DNA of 53,117 bases from Acidobacteriota bacterium (GTDB lineage: Bacteria > Acidobacteriota > Terriglobia > Bryobacterales > Bryobacteraceae): NCBI GenBank assembly GCA_016871115.1, contig VFZP01000001.1, positions 1-53,117 of the forward strand, written 5' to 3'. Position 1 is the first letter of the stretch. Every line of letters starts with the position of its first letter. Position numbers and translations under genes: made by a program. A model generated the notes under the pieces. It saw only the letters and a list, made by a program, of their open reading frames with translations, made no database searches and had not been told where the DNA came from. This document shows positions 26,990-36,231 of the stretch, in pieces.

Positions 26990-27697
26990 GTGCGGCATCT
27001 GGAGTCTGACCAGTGGAGCCGTGGCGGGAGCGCACTGCACCGCTGCGATGCGCGCGCCAAACTGGCCGCCGTCCTCACCGTGCTTGCGTTTGTCGGCACG
27101 GCGCGCCCCTGGCACTGGCCGCAAGGGGTCTTCTATGGATCCTTGGCCCTCGCCGCGTTGCTTGCCGCGCAACTTTCGTGGGCTGGCTTTCTTCGGCGGC
27201 TTTCGGTGGTGCTCCCCGTCACCGCAACCTTCGCGCTGCTGACGTGGCTGTCCACTGGCGACGCCGGGCGCGCCGGCGCGTTGCTCTCGCGCAGCCTCGT
27301 GTCGGTAGCCTTTGCGATCGTGCTCATTGCCACCACGCCCGCCCACGCCTTGCTGACCGGCGCTGAGCGGCTGGGCGCGCCGCGCATGCTGGTGGCTGTG
27401 GCACAGATGGTGCACCGCTATCTGTTTGTGCTGATCGATCAAGCGTTGCGGATGCGGCAGGCCGCGCGCAGCCGCGGCGGCTTTCGTTGGAGTGCGGCCG
27501 CGGGCGCGGCAGCGGCGCTGCTGTTGTCATCCGAACAACGTGCCACGCGTATCCATCAGGCCATGCTCGCGCGCGGCTTCACGGGAACCTGGCCGGAACT
27601 TTCGGCCGCCGCGGGCCGATGGAACGTGTTTGACTCGGCGCTCGCCGGCGGAACTGCGCTTACTCTACTGCTTGCGAGGCTGCTATGGCGGCTTTAG
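26990..27697 (+). CDS. cbiQ: ECF transporter transmembrane T component (CbiQ)
   Basis: GTG start 4 nt after the cbiM stop. D-R-KL motif region, multi-TM, 235 aa. Confidence 0.7.
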   Translation: MRHLESDQWSRGGSALHRCDARAKLAAVLTVLAFVGTARPWHWPQGVFYGSLALAALLAAQLSWAGFLRRLSVVLPVTATFALLTWLSTGDAGRAGALLSRSLVSVAFAIVLIATTPAHALLTGAERLGAPRMLVAVAQMVHRYLFVLIDQALRMRQAARSRGGFRWSAAAGAAAALLLSSEQRATRIHQAMLARGFTGTWPELSAAAGRWNVFDSALAGGTALTLLLARLLWRL

Positions 27698-28389
27698 TAG
27701 AAGCGCACGGCCTCGCCTATCGGTATCCGGACGGCACGGAAGCTTTGCGCGGCATCGATCTGGCTGTGTCGGCCGGTGAGTCACTCATCCTGTTCGGCGC
27801 CAACGGCGCAGGTAAGAGTACTTTCCTGCTGCACCTCAACGGCCTGCTACGCGCCGCGCGGGGAACGCTGACCGTCGATGGCCTGCCGATGAAAACCGCC
27901 AACCTCGCCGCAATTCGTCAGCGCGTCGGCTTTGTGTTTCAGGATGCCGATGACCAGTTGTTCATGCCCACCGTGCTCGAAGACGCCGCCTTTGGATTGC
28001 TCAACCAAGGCCTCGAACCGTCCGAAGCGCGCCGCCATGCCGAGGCCGCGCTGGCGCAGGTAGACATGCTGCACGCCGCCGGCCGCGCTCCCTATCACTT
28101 AAGCGGCGGGGAGAAGCGCCGCGTCGCACTCGCCGGAGTGCTGGCGATGCAACCGAAACTACTGGTGCTCGATGAGCCCACCACCTCGCTCGATCCACCG
28201 GCGCAGCACAAACTTGCCGAATTGCTCGGGCGCTTGCCGCAAGCGAAACTGATCAGCACGCACGACGCGGCGTTTGGGCAGGCCACGGGCTCACGCGCAG
28301 TGTTTTTTGAGAGGGGAAAGATCGTTGGTGGGGGAACAGTGGAGGAGATCGTGAGGCGCTACGGCTGGGCGGCGTCACCCGAAAGGTAG
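27685..28389 (+). CDS. cbiO: ECF transporter ATPase (CbiO)
   Basis: Walker A GANGAGKST, ABC signature LSGGEKRRVA and Walker B LLVLDEPT. Confidence 0.85.
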   Translation: MAALVEAHGLAYRYPDGTEALRGIDLAVSAGESLILFGANGAGKSTFLLHLNGLLRAARGTLTVDGLPMKTANLAAIRQRVGFVFQDADDQLFMPTVLEDAAFGLLNQGLEPSEARRHAEAALAQVDMLHAAGRAPYHLSGGEKRRVALAGVLAMQPKLLVLDEPTTSLDPPAQHKLAELLGRLPQAKLISTHDAAFGQATGSRAVFFERGKIVGGGTVEEIVRRYGWAASPER

Positions 28390-28441
28390 GAGGCGGCCAC
28401 GTAAACGTGAAGCGCCGCCCAGCCGTACCCGAATGAAACTG

Positions 28442-28732
28442 CTAGCTGTCGGAACCGGATTTCTTCTTGCGGAATTCGGCCCAACGTTTCTTCTGTGCAG
28501 CGGCGATTCTGGCGCGAGCTTCGGCGCTCAGTTTCCGCTTGCGCGAACGGCGAGTAGGAGCAGCGCCCGGCGCGGCCGGCGAGACCGTGGCGGACGCCTT
28601 CGCGGTGGCCGCCTGGCCCAGCACGAGACGGATAGCGCGAATCTGATCGTCGATTCCTGCGCGTTCCCGCTCAAGACTGTCCAGAGCAGCTTGAAGGTGA
28701 CTATTTACTTTTTCGTTTATGCTTCTTGCCAT
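28442..28732 (-). CDS. Hypothetical small coiled-coil protein with a basic C-terminal tail
   Basis: 96-aa ORF. The N-terminal helix (LQAALDSLERERAGIDDQIRAIR) is followed by a low-complexity linker and the tail RKLSAEARARIAAAQKKRWAEFRKKK. The 5' end has lower GC. Confidence 0.45.
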   Translation of the reverse strand: MARSINEKVNSHLQAALDSLERERAGIDDQIRAIRLVLGQAATAKASATVSPAAPGAAPTRRSRKRKLSAEARARIAAAQKKRWAEFRKKKSGSDS

Positions 28733-28766
28733 TTGTGTTAGCCCTTTAGGGTGTACCTATGGTAAC

Positions 28767-29246
28767 TTAAAGCTTACCCGCCGTGGGAGAGCGTGTTTTC
28801 CACTCCGAGGGTGAGTCACACAAGATTGTCACCGGCCCATCGTTCACCAGCTCTAACTGCATCTCCGCCTGGAAGATTCCTGCCTGTACGTTTATCCCTC
28901 GCAGCCGCGCTGCGTCGAGAAAGTGTTGATACAGCCGCCGCGCCTCCTCTGGCCGCGCCGCCTTTTCAAAGGACGGCCGCCGGCCCTTGCGTACATCCCC
29001 GAATAGCGTGAATTGCGACACCACCAGCAAGCCTCCGCCACTTTCCACCAAGCTGTGGTTCATCTTGCCTGACGCGTCTTCAAAGATACGGAGGTGGATG
29101 ATCTTCTCCACCAGATAGTCCGCCTCGGCTTCGGTATCGCCATGACCAACGCCCAGCAGCACGGCCAATCCAGTTTCAATCCGGCCCGTGACCTCGCCAG
29201 CCACCGTCACTTGAGCCCGCCGCACCCGTTGCACCACGGCTTTCAA
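28767..29246 (-). CDS. dtd: D-aminoacyl-tRNA deacylase
   Basis: MKAVVQRV...GLAVLLGV...[14 protein letters not shown]......[16 protein letters not shown] matches the Dtd signature. TTG start. Confidence 0.85.
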   Translation of the reverse strand: MKAVVQRVRRAQVTVAGEVTGRIETGLAVLLGVGHGDTEAEADYLVEKIIHLRIFEDASGKMNHSLVESGGGLLVVSQFTLFGDVRKGRRPSFEKAARPEEARRLYQHFLDAARLRGINVQAGIFQAEMQLELVNDGPVTILCDSPSEWKTRSPTAGKL

Positions 29247-29328
29247 TGCTTGCGTCCTCCTAAAGGTTTTTTTCGTTCTACGTTACTGAATCTCGCCAAT
29301 CGCGCTTCCTGGAACGCTACCGCATGCT

Positions 29329-29610
29329 ATGGCTATGACACGCCGCCGCAAGACCCGCCTCGCGCCCACCGGCTTCTTCAACATTCAGAACCAAACTCAG
29401 CGCATTAGCGGGTTTGGTTCCGGCGACTTCGTCCGGCTAAAGGATGAGCAAGGCGAACTGTGGCGCGGAACCGCGGAGCTATTGGATGACAACACCATCT
29501 TCTACCGCTTTCGCAACAGCGCGGGCCGCGTCATCAGCGGAGCGTCCGATGGCTACGGCATCCGCCTCCGGGACGAACGCGGTCAAGTGTGGCGCGGCTA
29601 CGTGTTTTAG
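29329..29610 (+). CDS. Hypothetical small protein with an internal duplication
   Basis: 93-aa ORF containing two related segments: FVRLKDEQGELWRGTAE and GIRLRDERGQVWRGYVF. Confidence 0.4.
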   Translation: MAMTRRRKTRLAPTGFFNIQNQTQRISGFGSGDFVRLKDEQGELWRGTAELLDDNTIFYRFRNSAGRVISGASDGYGIRLRDERGQVWRGYVF

Positions 29611-30890
29611 TCCGGCCGGCTCGCGTATTTGTCAGCCAGTTTGGTATGACGCGTGGATAAATCCACGCTGCGCCCGCGCATCCACATCTGCTTGATCTGA
29701 GTTTTGGTTTCGAGCAAATCTCCGTCGGCTAGCACCAGATCCGCCCACTTGCCTTTGTCTACCGAACCCACCCGGTCTTCCACGCCCCAGATTTTCGCGG
29801 CATTCAAAGTCACCGCTTTCAAGGCATCCTCCCGCTCCAGGCCAAACGGCACCGCAGCCGCGGCCTGATAGGGCAAATTGCGCACGGCGGACGAGTCGAA
29901 AGTGGCGAAGGCAAACAGGATCCCCTCGCGGTGCAACTGGCTGGGGATGGTAAACAGCGCGTCGTAGGGGTCGTCCTCATCCAGCGGCAGGGCGAGCGTT
30001 TCGGGCAGAATAACGGGCACTCCCCGGGCCTTGATTTCCTTGAGCAACTCCGGCGTGAACTCGCGGCAACCGGCGAGGATGATCTTCAGGTTTTCGCGTT
30101 TGGCGAAGTCCAGCGCATCGGCGATGGCCCGCTTCCGCCCGGCCGTCACCATCACCGGCTGCTTGCCTTCGAGCACCGGCAGCATGGCCTCCAGCTTACG
30201 ATCCACCGTGAAGCCCGCGCCGCCCGCGGCTTTCGCCTTCTGGTACCGCCGCGCGTCTTCGAAGAAAATCCGCAGTTTCTGCAACGTTTCGTCGTAACGG
30301 CGCTTGCCCTCGCTGAATGACGCTGGCGTATCGGCGCCGCGCCGGCCCATGCTTTCATCGGCCTGCAGCGAGATAGTGGGAAACCGGAGATGCATGGCGG
30401 CCGACCGCTTGATGTCCATGTCCTCCCAGGTCCAGCCGTCCAGATGCATCAGCCCCGCTTGTCCGGCGATGATGCCGCCACTCGGCAGTGCAATCGCTGA
30501 AGTAATCCCGTTGGCGCGGGCCACCGGCAAGTGTTCGCTCGACGGATTCACGGCCACCAGTGCACGTAACTGAGGATTGAAGTCGCCTAATTCGGCGACG
30601 TCGGTCGTCTCGCGTACCGCGCCGATCTCGGCCATTCCGAGTGTGGTGGCCGAATCGATCATGCCGGGATAAAGATGCAGCCCCTTGCCGTCCACCACCT
30701 TTGTACCCTTAGGCACAGCGAGCTTAGGGCCGACGTCAGCCACGATACCGTCTTCAACAAACACCGAAGTCAAGGGAATGTCCGGGCCGGAGACCGGATG
30801 CAATGTTACGTCTCGTATCAGAAACGTGTCCTGCGGTCCGGCGGTAATCGCGAGACAAAAAGCAAGAAAAGTAACCAAGTGGCGCTTCAT
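29607..30890 (-). CDS. Secreted amidohydrolase-superfamily protein lacking the HxH metal motif
   Basis: Signal peptide. The strand-1 region reads LYPGMIDSATTLG where PG.ID.H.H is expected. The C-terminal VGSVDKGKWADLVL pattern is conserved. Confidence 0.7.
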   Translation of the reverse strand: MKRHLVTFLAFCLAITAGPQDTFLIRDVTLHPVSGPDIPLTSVFVEDGIVADVGPKLAVPKGTKVVDGKGLHLYPGMIDSATTLGMAEIGAVRETTDVAELGDFNPQLRALVAVNPSSEHLPVARANGITSAIALPSGGIIAGQAGLMHLDGWTWEDMDIKRSAAMHLRFPTISLQADESMGRRGADTPASFSEGKRRYDETLQKLRIFFEDARRYQKAKAAGGAGFTVDRKLEAMLPVLEGKQPVMVTAGRKRAIADALDFAKRENLKIILAGCREFTPELLKEIKARGVPVILPETLALPLDEDDPYDALFTIPSQLHREGILFAFATFDSSAVRNLPYQAAAAVPFGLEREDALKAVTLNAAKIWGVEDRVGSVDKGKWADLVLADGDLLETKTQIKQMWMRGRSVDLSTRHTKLADKYASRPD

Positions 30891-32221
30891 TATTCGGCCC
30901 TCCGTCCCGGCCCGCGGCGGCCTGGGTCATCCTGAGGCTTCTTCTGTTTCTCCAGTAAAACCTTGCGGCGTGTAGACCGCTCGGCGCGTTGGGCCAGATC
31001 TTTTTGCCGGTCAAAGTAGAGCTGACCGTCAATAAAAACCTTTTGTACTTTCGCGTAGTTCGATAATGGATGACCGTCAAATAGCGCCAAATCGGCGTCC
31101 TTACCCGGCTCAATCGAGCCGATCCGCGCATCGATTTCCATCTGCCGCGCGGCGTTGATGGTCACCATCGCCAAGGCGTCGTCTTCAGAGACACGGCCAT
31201 ACTTCACGGCCTTGGCGGCCTCGTTGTTGAGGTGCCGCATCAACTCGCCCGAGTCGGAGTTCAATGACACCAGCACTCCCCTCTTGTGCATGATGGCCGC
31301 ATTGTAGGGCGTGGCGTCGTAGGCTTCCACCTTGTACGCCCACCAGTCGCTGAACGTCGACGCGCCACCGCCATGGGCCGCAATCTCTTTGGCCACCTTG
31401 TAACCTTCGAGCACATGCTGAAATGTCTTGATCTTGAAACCCTGCTCGTCGGCCAGCCGGATCAGCATCAGGATCTCATCGGCGCGGTAGCAATGCGCAT
31501 GCACCAGACGCTGTCCTTCGAGCACGTCCACGAGTGCCTCCAATTTCAGATCGCGGCGAGGCGCTACGCGGCCGGCCGGTCTGGCCCGATAGCTTTTCCA
31601 TTCTGCCTGATAGCGCTTGGCGTCGAGAAATGCCTCGCGAATCACGTCCTCCACGCCCATGCGGGTGGCCGGATAACGCAGCGTGGTCGCGCCGAACGCG
31701 GCCTGCTGTCCGCGCCGCTTGGGGTTTTCGCCCAGCGCGAACTTAATGCCCGGCTTGGCGCCGGCAAACTTCAGCCCCGCGGCATCCTTGCCCCACCGCA
31801 TCTTCAGCACCTGGCACTTGCCGCCAATGGCGTTGGCGCTGCCATGCAGAATGTTGGCCGTGGTCACACCGCCCGCCAGCGCGCGGTAAATGCTGATGTC
31901 GTCCGGGTCCACCACGTCTTCAATGCCGACCATCGACGACACCGACACGCTGCCTTCGTTGATCGACTCGCTGGCGATGTGCGAGTGGCAGTCCACAATG
32001 CCCGGCATCACGTACATGCCCGCGGCATCCAGCACCTCGGCGCCCGCGGGCACCAGAATCTTTGGCGCCACTTCCACAATCCTGCCGTCCCGGATGTGAA
32101 TCGCCCCATCCAGCCGGCCTTTAGTGACGGTCAGGATCTTGGCATTTTGAATCACCAGATCCGCCGCCGGCGCGCTCAGTGCCGCCACCGCCCCGAGCAT
32201 CAAACACAATGAACGTCGCAT
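30890..32221 (-). CDS. Secreted amidohydrolase with an intact metal-binding motif
   Basis: Signal peptide, MPGIVDCHSHIA (HxH present) and IGSIEPGKDADLALFD. 1-nt overlaps with both neighbours. Confidence 0.8.
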   Translation of the reverse strand: MRRSLCLMLGAVAALSAPAADLVIQNAKILTVTKGRLDGAIHIRDGRIVEVAPKILVPAGAEVLDAAGMYVMPGIVDCHSHIASESINEGSVSVSSMVGIEDVVDPDDISIYRALAGGVTTANILHGSANAIGGKCQVLKMRWGKDAAGLKFAGAKPGIKFALGENPKRRGQQAAFGATTLRYPATRMGVEDVIREAFLDAKRYQAEWKSYRARPAGRVAPRRDLKLEALVDVLEGQRLVHAHCYRADEILMLIRLADEQGFKIKTFQHVLEGYKVAKEIAAHGGGASTFSDWWAYKVEAYDATPYNAAIMHKRGVLVSLNSDSGELMRHLNNEAAKAVKYGRVSEDDALAMVTINAARQMEIDARIGSIEPGKDADLALFDGHPLSNYAKVQKVFIDGQLYFDRQKDLAQRAERSTRRKVLLEKQKKPQDDPGRRGPGRRAE

Positions 32222-33525
32222 TAGCGCTTTTCCTCCTGTTGTTGGCGCGCCGGGGCTTCAGGCGCGGGTTCGTACTTCACTCCGTCGATCAACACGAACT
32301 TGATTTTCGTGCTGGTTTGAAACAGGGCGCCATCGGTGATGGTGAGGTTGGCGATCTTGCCGGGCTCAATGGAACCGGTGTGATCCGCCACGCCGTAGAT
32401 CTCCGCCGCCGACAGGGTCAGCGCGCGCACCGCCGCTTCGCGATCCAAACCTGCGTCAATCGCCTTTTTCACCGCGGCCCGTAAATCCGCGGGCCGCTCC
32501 ACGCCGCCTGCGTAGAAGGCAAACTTCACCCCGGCCTTTGCCAAAGCGGCGGGTGCGGCCGGTGCATTCTCGCGCAATTCCAGAATTCGCAGCGCTTCGT
32601 CCGCCTCCGGGTCTGGATCGCGCGCTCGCTCGGGCCACTTCAAACTCACCAGCACCGCGGCGCCGCTTTTCGCCAAGTACGGCGCCACGCGCGCCGCATC
32701 GTGCGCTCCATATAAGATGGTGGGCCGCTTGAACTCTGCGGCCAACTCCGTCATCCGCACCAGTTCTTTCGCCCACACCGCCGGCAGCAGCAGGCGCGGT
32801 GATTCCAGCACGCCTTCGAGCGCGCGATCGTATGCCGGCCGGCGTGCCCCGCGTGGGTTGGCCGCATACGCCGCCTTTTCGGCGCGATAGGCATCAGCAT
32901 CCAGATACACCTGGCGGACGTAGGCGACCACGCCCATCAACGACCCGGGGAAGCTGGTGAACCCGCGCGGGGACAAGGAAAGATACTGCCCCAGCGGCGT
33001 GGCCACCGTCATCTGCCCGGCTTTTTCACCGGCGAGATTCACCAGCGCGCCTTGCCCCGCGAAAATCCCAGCCGTAGGAAACACCGCCGCGGTGGTGAAG
33101 CCCGCGTTGCGCGCGGCAGTCACAGTGCGGTCACTCGGATTTACCAGGTCTTGCGCGCGCACCCAACTGGAGTTGGACGGGCGATCTTCCGGACCGCGCG
33201 CTGGCGGTGGTGGCGCCGTCGCCGCACCCGGACCGGCGGCCGGCGGGGTCGCAGCGGGCAGCCCCCACGAACTCATCGCGTCGGTCAACCCGGGATAGAC
33301 ATGCAGCGACGGCGCTTCCAACACCCAAGCGTCGGCCGGCGCCGTCACACTTGGGCCCACGGCTTCAATGAGCCCGTTGCGCACAACCACCGTGCTCTTC
33401 TCCAGCACCGGCCCGGACGCGGTATGCACCGTAGCGTTGCGGATGGCGATAACCGGCAGCGCGGGCCCGGCAGCGCTGCATAGGGCCGCGGCCGCCAGCG
33501 TTGCCGCTATCATGGATATTCGCAT
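32221..33525 (-). CDS. Secreted amidohydrolase-superfamily protein lacking the HxH metal motif
   Basis: Signal peptide MRISMIAATLAAAALCSAAG. The strand-1 region reads VYPGLTDAMSSWG. C-terminal TGSIEPGKIANLTI. Confidence 0.7.
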   Translation of the reverse strand: MRISMIAATLAAAALCSAAGPALPVIAIRNATVHTASGPVLEKSTVVVRNGLIEAVGPSVTAPADAWVLEAPSLHVYPGLTDAMSSWGLPAATPPAAGPGAATAPPPPARGPEDRPSNSSWVRAQDLVNPSDRTVTAARNAGFTTAAVFPTAGIFAGQGALVNLAGEKAGQMTVATPLGQYLSLSPRGFTSFPGSLMGVVAYVRQVYLDADAYRAEKAAYAANPRGARRPAYDRALEGVLESPRLLLPAVWAKELVRMTELAAEFKRPTILYGAHDAARVAPYLAKSGAAVLVSLKWPERARDPDPEADEALRILELRENAPAAPAALAKAGVKFAFYAGGVERPADLRAAVKKAIDAGLDREAAVRALTLSAAEIYGVADHTGSIEPGKIANLTITDGALFQTSTKIKFVLIDGVKYEPAPEAPARQQQEEKR

Positions 33526-33529
33526 TTCA

Positions 33530-34582
33530 ATGGCTCCTCAAAAACCCTCGATTTCCTATCGCGATGCCGGTGTCAGCATCGAAGAAGCAGACCGCGCGGT
33601 CAGCCGCATTAAGCGCCTCGCGCGGGGCACCTTCAATGCCAATGTGTTGACCGGGATCGGCAGCTTCGGCGCGGCGTTTCGTCTACAAGGATGGAAACAA
33701 CCTGTTCTCATCTCGTCGGCCGATGGTGTCGGGACAAAATTGAAGGTAGCATTCCTCACCGGCCGCCACAACACGATTGGCGAAGACCTGGTGAACCACT
33801 GCGTGAACGACATCATGGTGCAGGGCGCCGAGCCGCTGTTCTTTCTCGACTACTTTGCCACCGGGAAGCTTTCCGCGCCCGTGATGGCCGAAGTGGTGGA
33901 AGGCTTGGCGCGCGGCTGCAAACAGAACGGCTGTGCGCTCATCGGCGGCGAAACGGCGGAGATGCCGGGCCTCTATGCGGACGGTGAGTACGACCTCGCC
34001 GGCTTCATCGTGGGCGCGGTGGAACGGAAAGGGCTCCTCATCGGCGGCGCGATTCGCGCGGGCGACGTGCTGCTGGCGCTCCCTTCCACGGGCCTGCACA
34101 CCAACGGCTACTCGCTCGCTCGCAAGCTGCTGTTTGAAGTGGCGGGCTACTCGGCGGACACGCAGCTTCCCGAACTCGGCTGCACCGTGGGTGACGAACT
34201 GTTGAAGGTGCACAAGAGCTACGCCCGCGCCATCCGCGCGCTCCGTTCCAAGGGCCTTCTGCGCGGCGCAGCGCACATCACCGGCGGCGGCATCACCGGC
34301 AACACGCCGCGTATTCTGCCCGATGGGATTGGCGTTGAAATCGACACGCGCAGTTGGCAGGTGCCCGCCGTGTTTGAACTGATGCGCGGCATCGGCAACG
34401 TGCCCATGGACGATTGGCGCCGCACGTTCAACCTGGGTGCAGGCATGATTCTGGTTGTTCCGGAGCAGAAAGCCGTGGAAGCGGAGAAAGCATTGCGCGC
34501 CGTGAAGGAGCGCCCTTGGCGCATTGGCCAAGCCGTGAAGATGACCAAGCGCAACCAGCCGCGCGTGGCCTACGCGGGATAA
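33530..34582 (+). CDS. purM: Phosphoribosylformylglycinamidine cyclo-ligase (AIR synthetase)
   Basis: SYRDAGVSIEEAD, DGVGTKL and NDIMVQGAEPLFFLDY motifs. The ATG at 33530 was chosen. Confidence 0.9.
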   Translation: MAPQKPSISYRDAGVSIEEADRAVSRIKRLARGTFNANVLTGIGSFGAAFRLQGWKQPVLISSADGVGTKLKVAFLTGRHNTIGEDLVNHCVNDIMVQGAEPLFFLDYFATGKLSAPVMAEVVEGLARGCKQNGCALIGGETAEMPGLYADGEYDLAGFIVGAVERKGLLIGGAIRAGDVLLALPSTGLHTNGYSLARKLLFEVAGYSADTQLPELGCTVGDELLKVHKSYARAIRALRSKGLLRGAAHITGGGITGNTPRILPDGIGVEIDTRSWQVPAVFELMRGIGNVPMDDWRRTFNLGAGMILVVPEQKAVEAEKALRAVKERPWRIGQAVKMTKRNQPRVAYAG

Positions 34583-34588
34583 CGACCC

Positions 34589-35191
34589 ATGCGCAAACTG
34601 GGCATTCTGCTGTCGGGGCGCGGGTCGAACTTCGCCGCCATCGCGCGCCGCATCGCCTCCGGCCGGCTTGACGCCGAGATCGCCGTCGTCATCTCGAATA
34701 AGCCCGGCGCGCCGGGACTCGACACCGCACGCGAGTTCGGGCTCAAGGCCGTCAGCCTGCCGTCCAAAGGCCTTGAGCGCGAGACGTATGACCGGCAGGT
34801 GATCGACGTCTTGCGCCAGCAAGGCGTGGAGTTGGTGATTCTGGCCGGCTACATGCGCCTGTTGAGCGCCGCCTTTGTGCGCGAGTTTCCACTGCGCATC
34901 TTGAATATTCACCCATCGCTGCTGCCGTCGTTCCCCGGCCTTGACGCGCAGCATCAGGCGTTCGCCTACGGCGCGAAGGTCAGCGGCTGCACCGTGCATT
35001 TCGTGGACGAAAAGCTGGACCACGGTCCCATCGTGTTGCAGCGCGCCGTACCGGTGGAAAACGATGACACGGCCGACACCCTCTCGGCTCGCATTCTCGC
35101 CGCCGAGCATGAGCTCTACAGCGAAGCGATTGCCCTCGTACTGGCGGGCCGCTATCGCATCGACGGCCGGCGCGTTATGCTGCTGTCATGA
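34589..35191 (+). CDS. purN: Phosphoribosylglycinamide formyltransferase
   Basis: GILLSGRGSN, NIHPSLLP and SGCTVHFV motifs. 200 aa. Confidence 0.9.
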   Translation: MRKLGILLSGRGSNFAAIARRIASGRLDAEIAVVISNKPGAPGLDTAREFGLKAVSLPSKGLERETYDRQVIDVLRQQGVELVILAGYMRLLSAAFVREFPLRILNIHPSLLPSFPGLDAQHQAFAYGAKVSGCTVHFVDEKLDHGPIVLQRAVPVENDDTADTLSARILAAEHELYSEAIALVLAGRYRIDGRRVMLLS

Positions 35192-35646
35192 CGCGCTTGC
35201 CCTTGGCTCTGCTCCTGGCGCTTGCCCTCGTATCTTGCGACGGAAGCAAGTCCGCCGAGTCAGAACAGGAGCGGCTGGAGCGCGAATTCACTGCCCGCAT
35301 GACCGGCTCGGTGCTCGCCGGCAAGTTCACGTCGAACAAAAGCGACAAAGTGCACGAAGACCGCTACACCATCTCGAAAGTCTCCAAGATGGCCGGCAAC
35401 ATCTGGGTCTTCCAGGCGCGCATCCAGTACGGCGATCACGACGTGAACGTGCCCGTGCCCGTCAAAATCCTCTGGGCCGGCGATACGCCCGTGCTCACCA
35501 TGACCGATGCGGGAGTACCGGGCCTCGGCTCATTCACCGTGCGCCTGCTGTTGTATCGCGACGACTATGCCGGCACTTGGGCCAACAGCCAAGGCGGCGG
35601 CGGACTGATGTACGGCCGCATCGAGCGCGCCACGCCCGCGCCGTGA
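35188..35646 (+). CDS. Hypothetical lipoprotein
   Basis: Lipobox LALVSC after MTRLPLALLLA. ATGA overlap with the purN stop. Confidence 0.55.
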   Translation: MTRLPLALLLALALVSCDGSKSAESEQERLEREFTARMTGSVLAGKFTSNKSDKVHEDRYTISKVSKMAGNIWVFQARIQYGDHDVNVPVPVKILWAGDTPVLTMTDAGVPGLGSFTVRLLLYRDDYAGTWANSQGGGGLMYGRIERATPAP

Positions 35647-35665
35647 TGCTCTACCCTGGAAGAGC

Positions 35666-36022
35666 GTGAAACGTTCCCATCCGCGCGGTCCCACGCGCCC
35701 CTCCGCCAGCGCCGCCAACGTCCAACCCCGGCTCGACCGCCGCAGCCTCGACATGCATCGCGCCATCGCCGCCAAGCTCCTTGAAGATCCCGCGCGGGAA
35801 TCGTTCATCGCTGAAACACGCGCGATTTTGGAGAAGCGTGAGGGCGCGCCCGCCGCCCGCCGTCAACGCAACGCCTGGCGCGCCATCCTTTCGCTGCCCC
35901 TGGCTGAACTGGCGGCAAAAATCAGCGAAGACAGCCACGAGATGACGGTTCTGCGCCGCGCCTCCCCCTTCGCGCCGCTCCTCACGCCGCAAGAGCGCTG
36001 GGCAATCTACCGCGGCTTTTGA
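35666..36022 (+). CDS. Hypothetical protein
   Basis: 118-aa ORF with coding-like composition. No motif recognised. Confidence 0.4.
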   Translation: MKRSHPRGPTRPSASAANVQPRLDRRSLDMHRAIAAKLLEDPARESFIAETRAILEKREGAPAARRQRNAWRAILSLPLAELAAKISEDSHEMTVLRRASPFAPLLTPQERWAIYRGF

Positions 36023-36231
36023 CCATCGGTGGCGCGGCTCCAACCAACGCACCAAGGGAAAAGCCATCGCCCGTGCTTGGCAGAGGCGCAAGGAGTTGCA
36101 GTATCCTGTTTTAATGCCGTAGGTTCCGTCGTCGCGGCTGGACTCGGGGATGGGTTCCACTTAGGGTGACCTGCGTCCTCTCAAACGGCATACGATTCGA
36201 GATGCTCTGCAAACCTGGAGGAAGTCGCTTC

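Noticed and set aside
33683-35110. 475-aa minus-strand ORF
   Set aside because: It is antisense to purM and purN, which carry canonical motifs.
36023-36231. 209-bp leader upstream of hppA as a possible structured RNA
   Set aside because: No recognisable riboswitch or attenuator motif and no convincing long-range pairing was found by eye. It is left unannotated.
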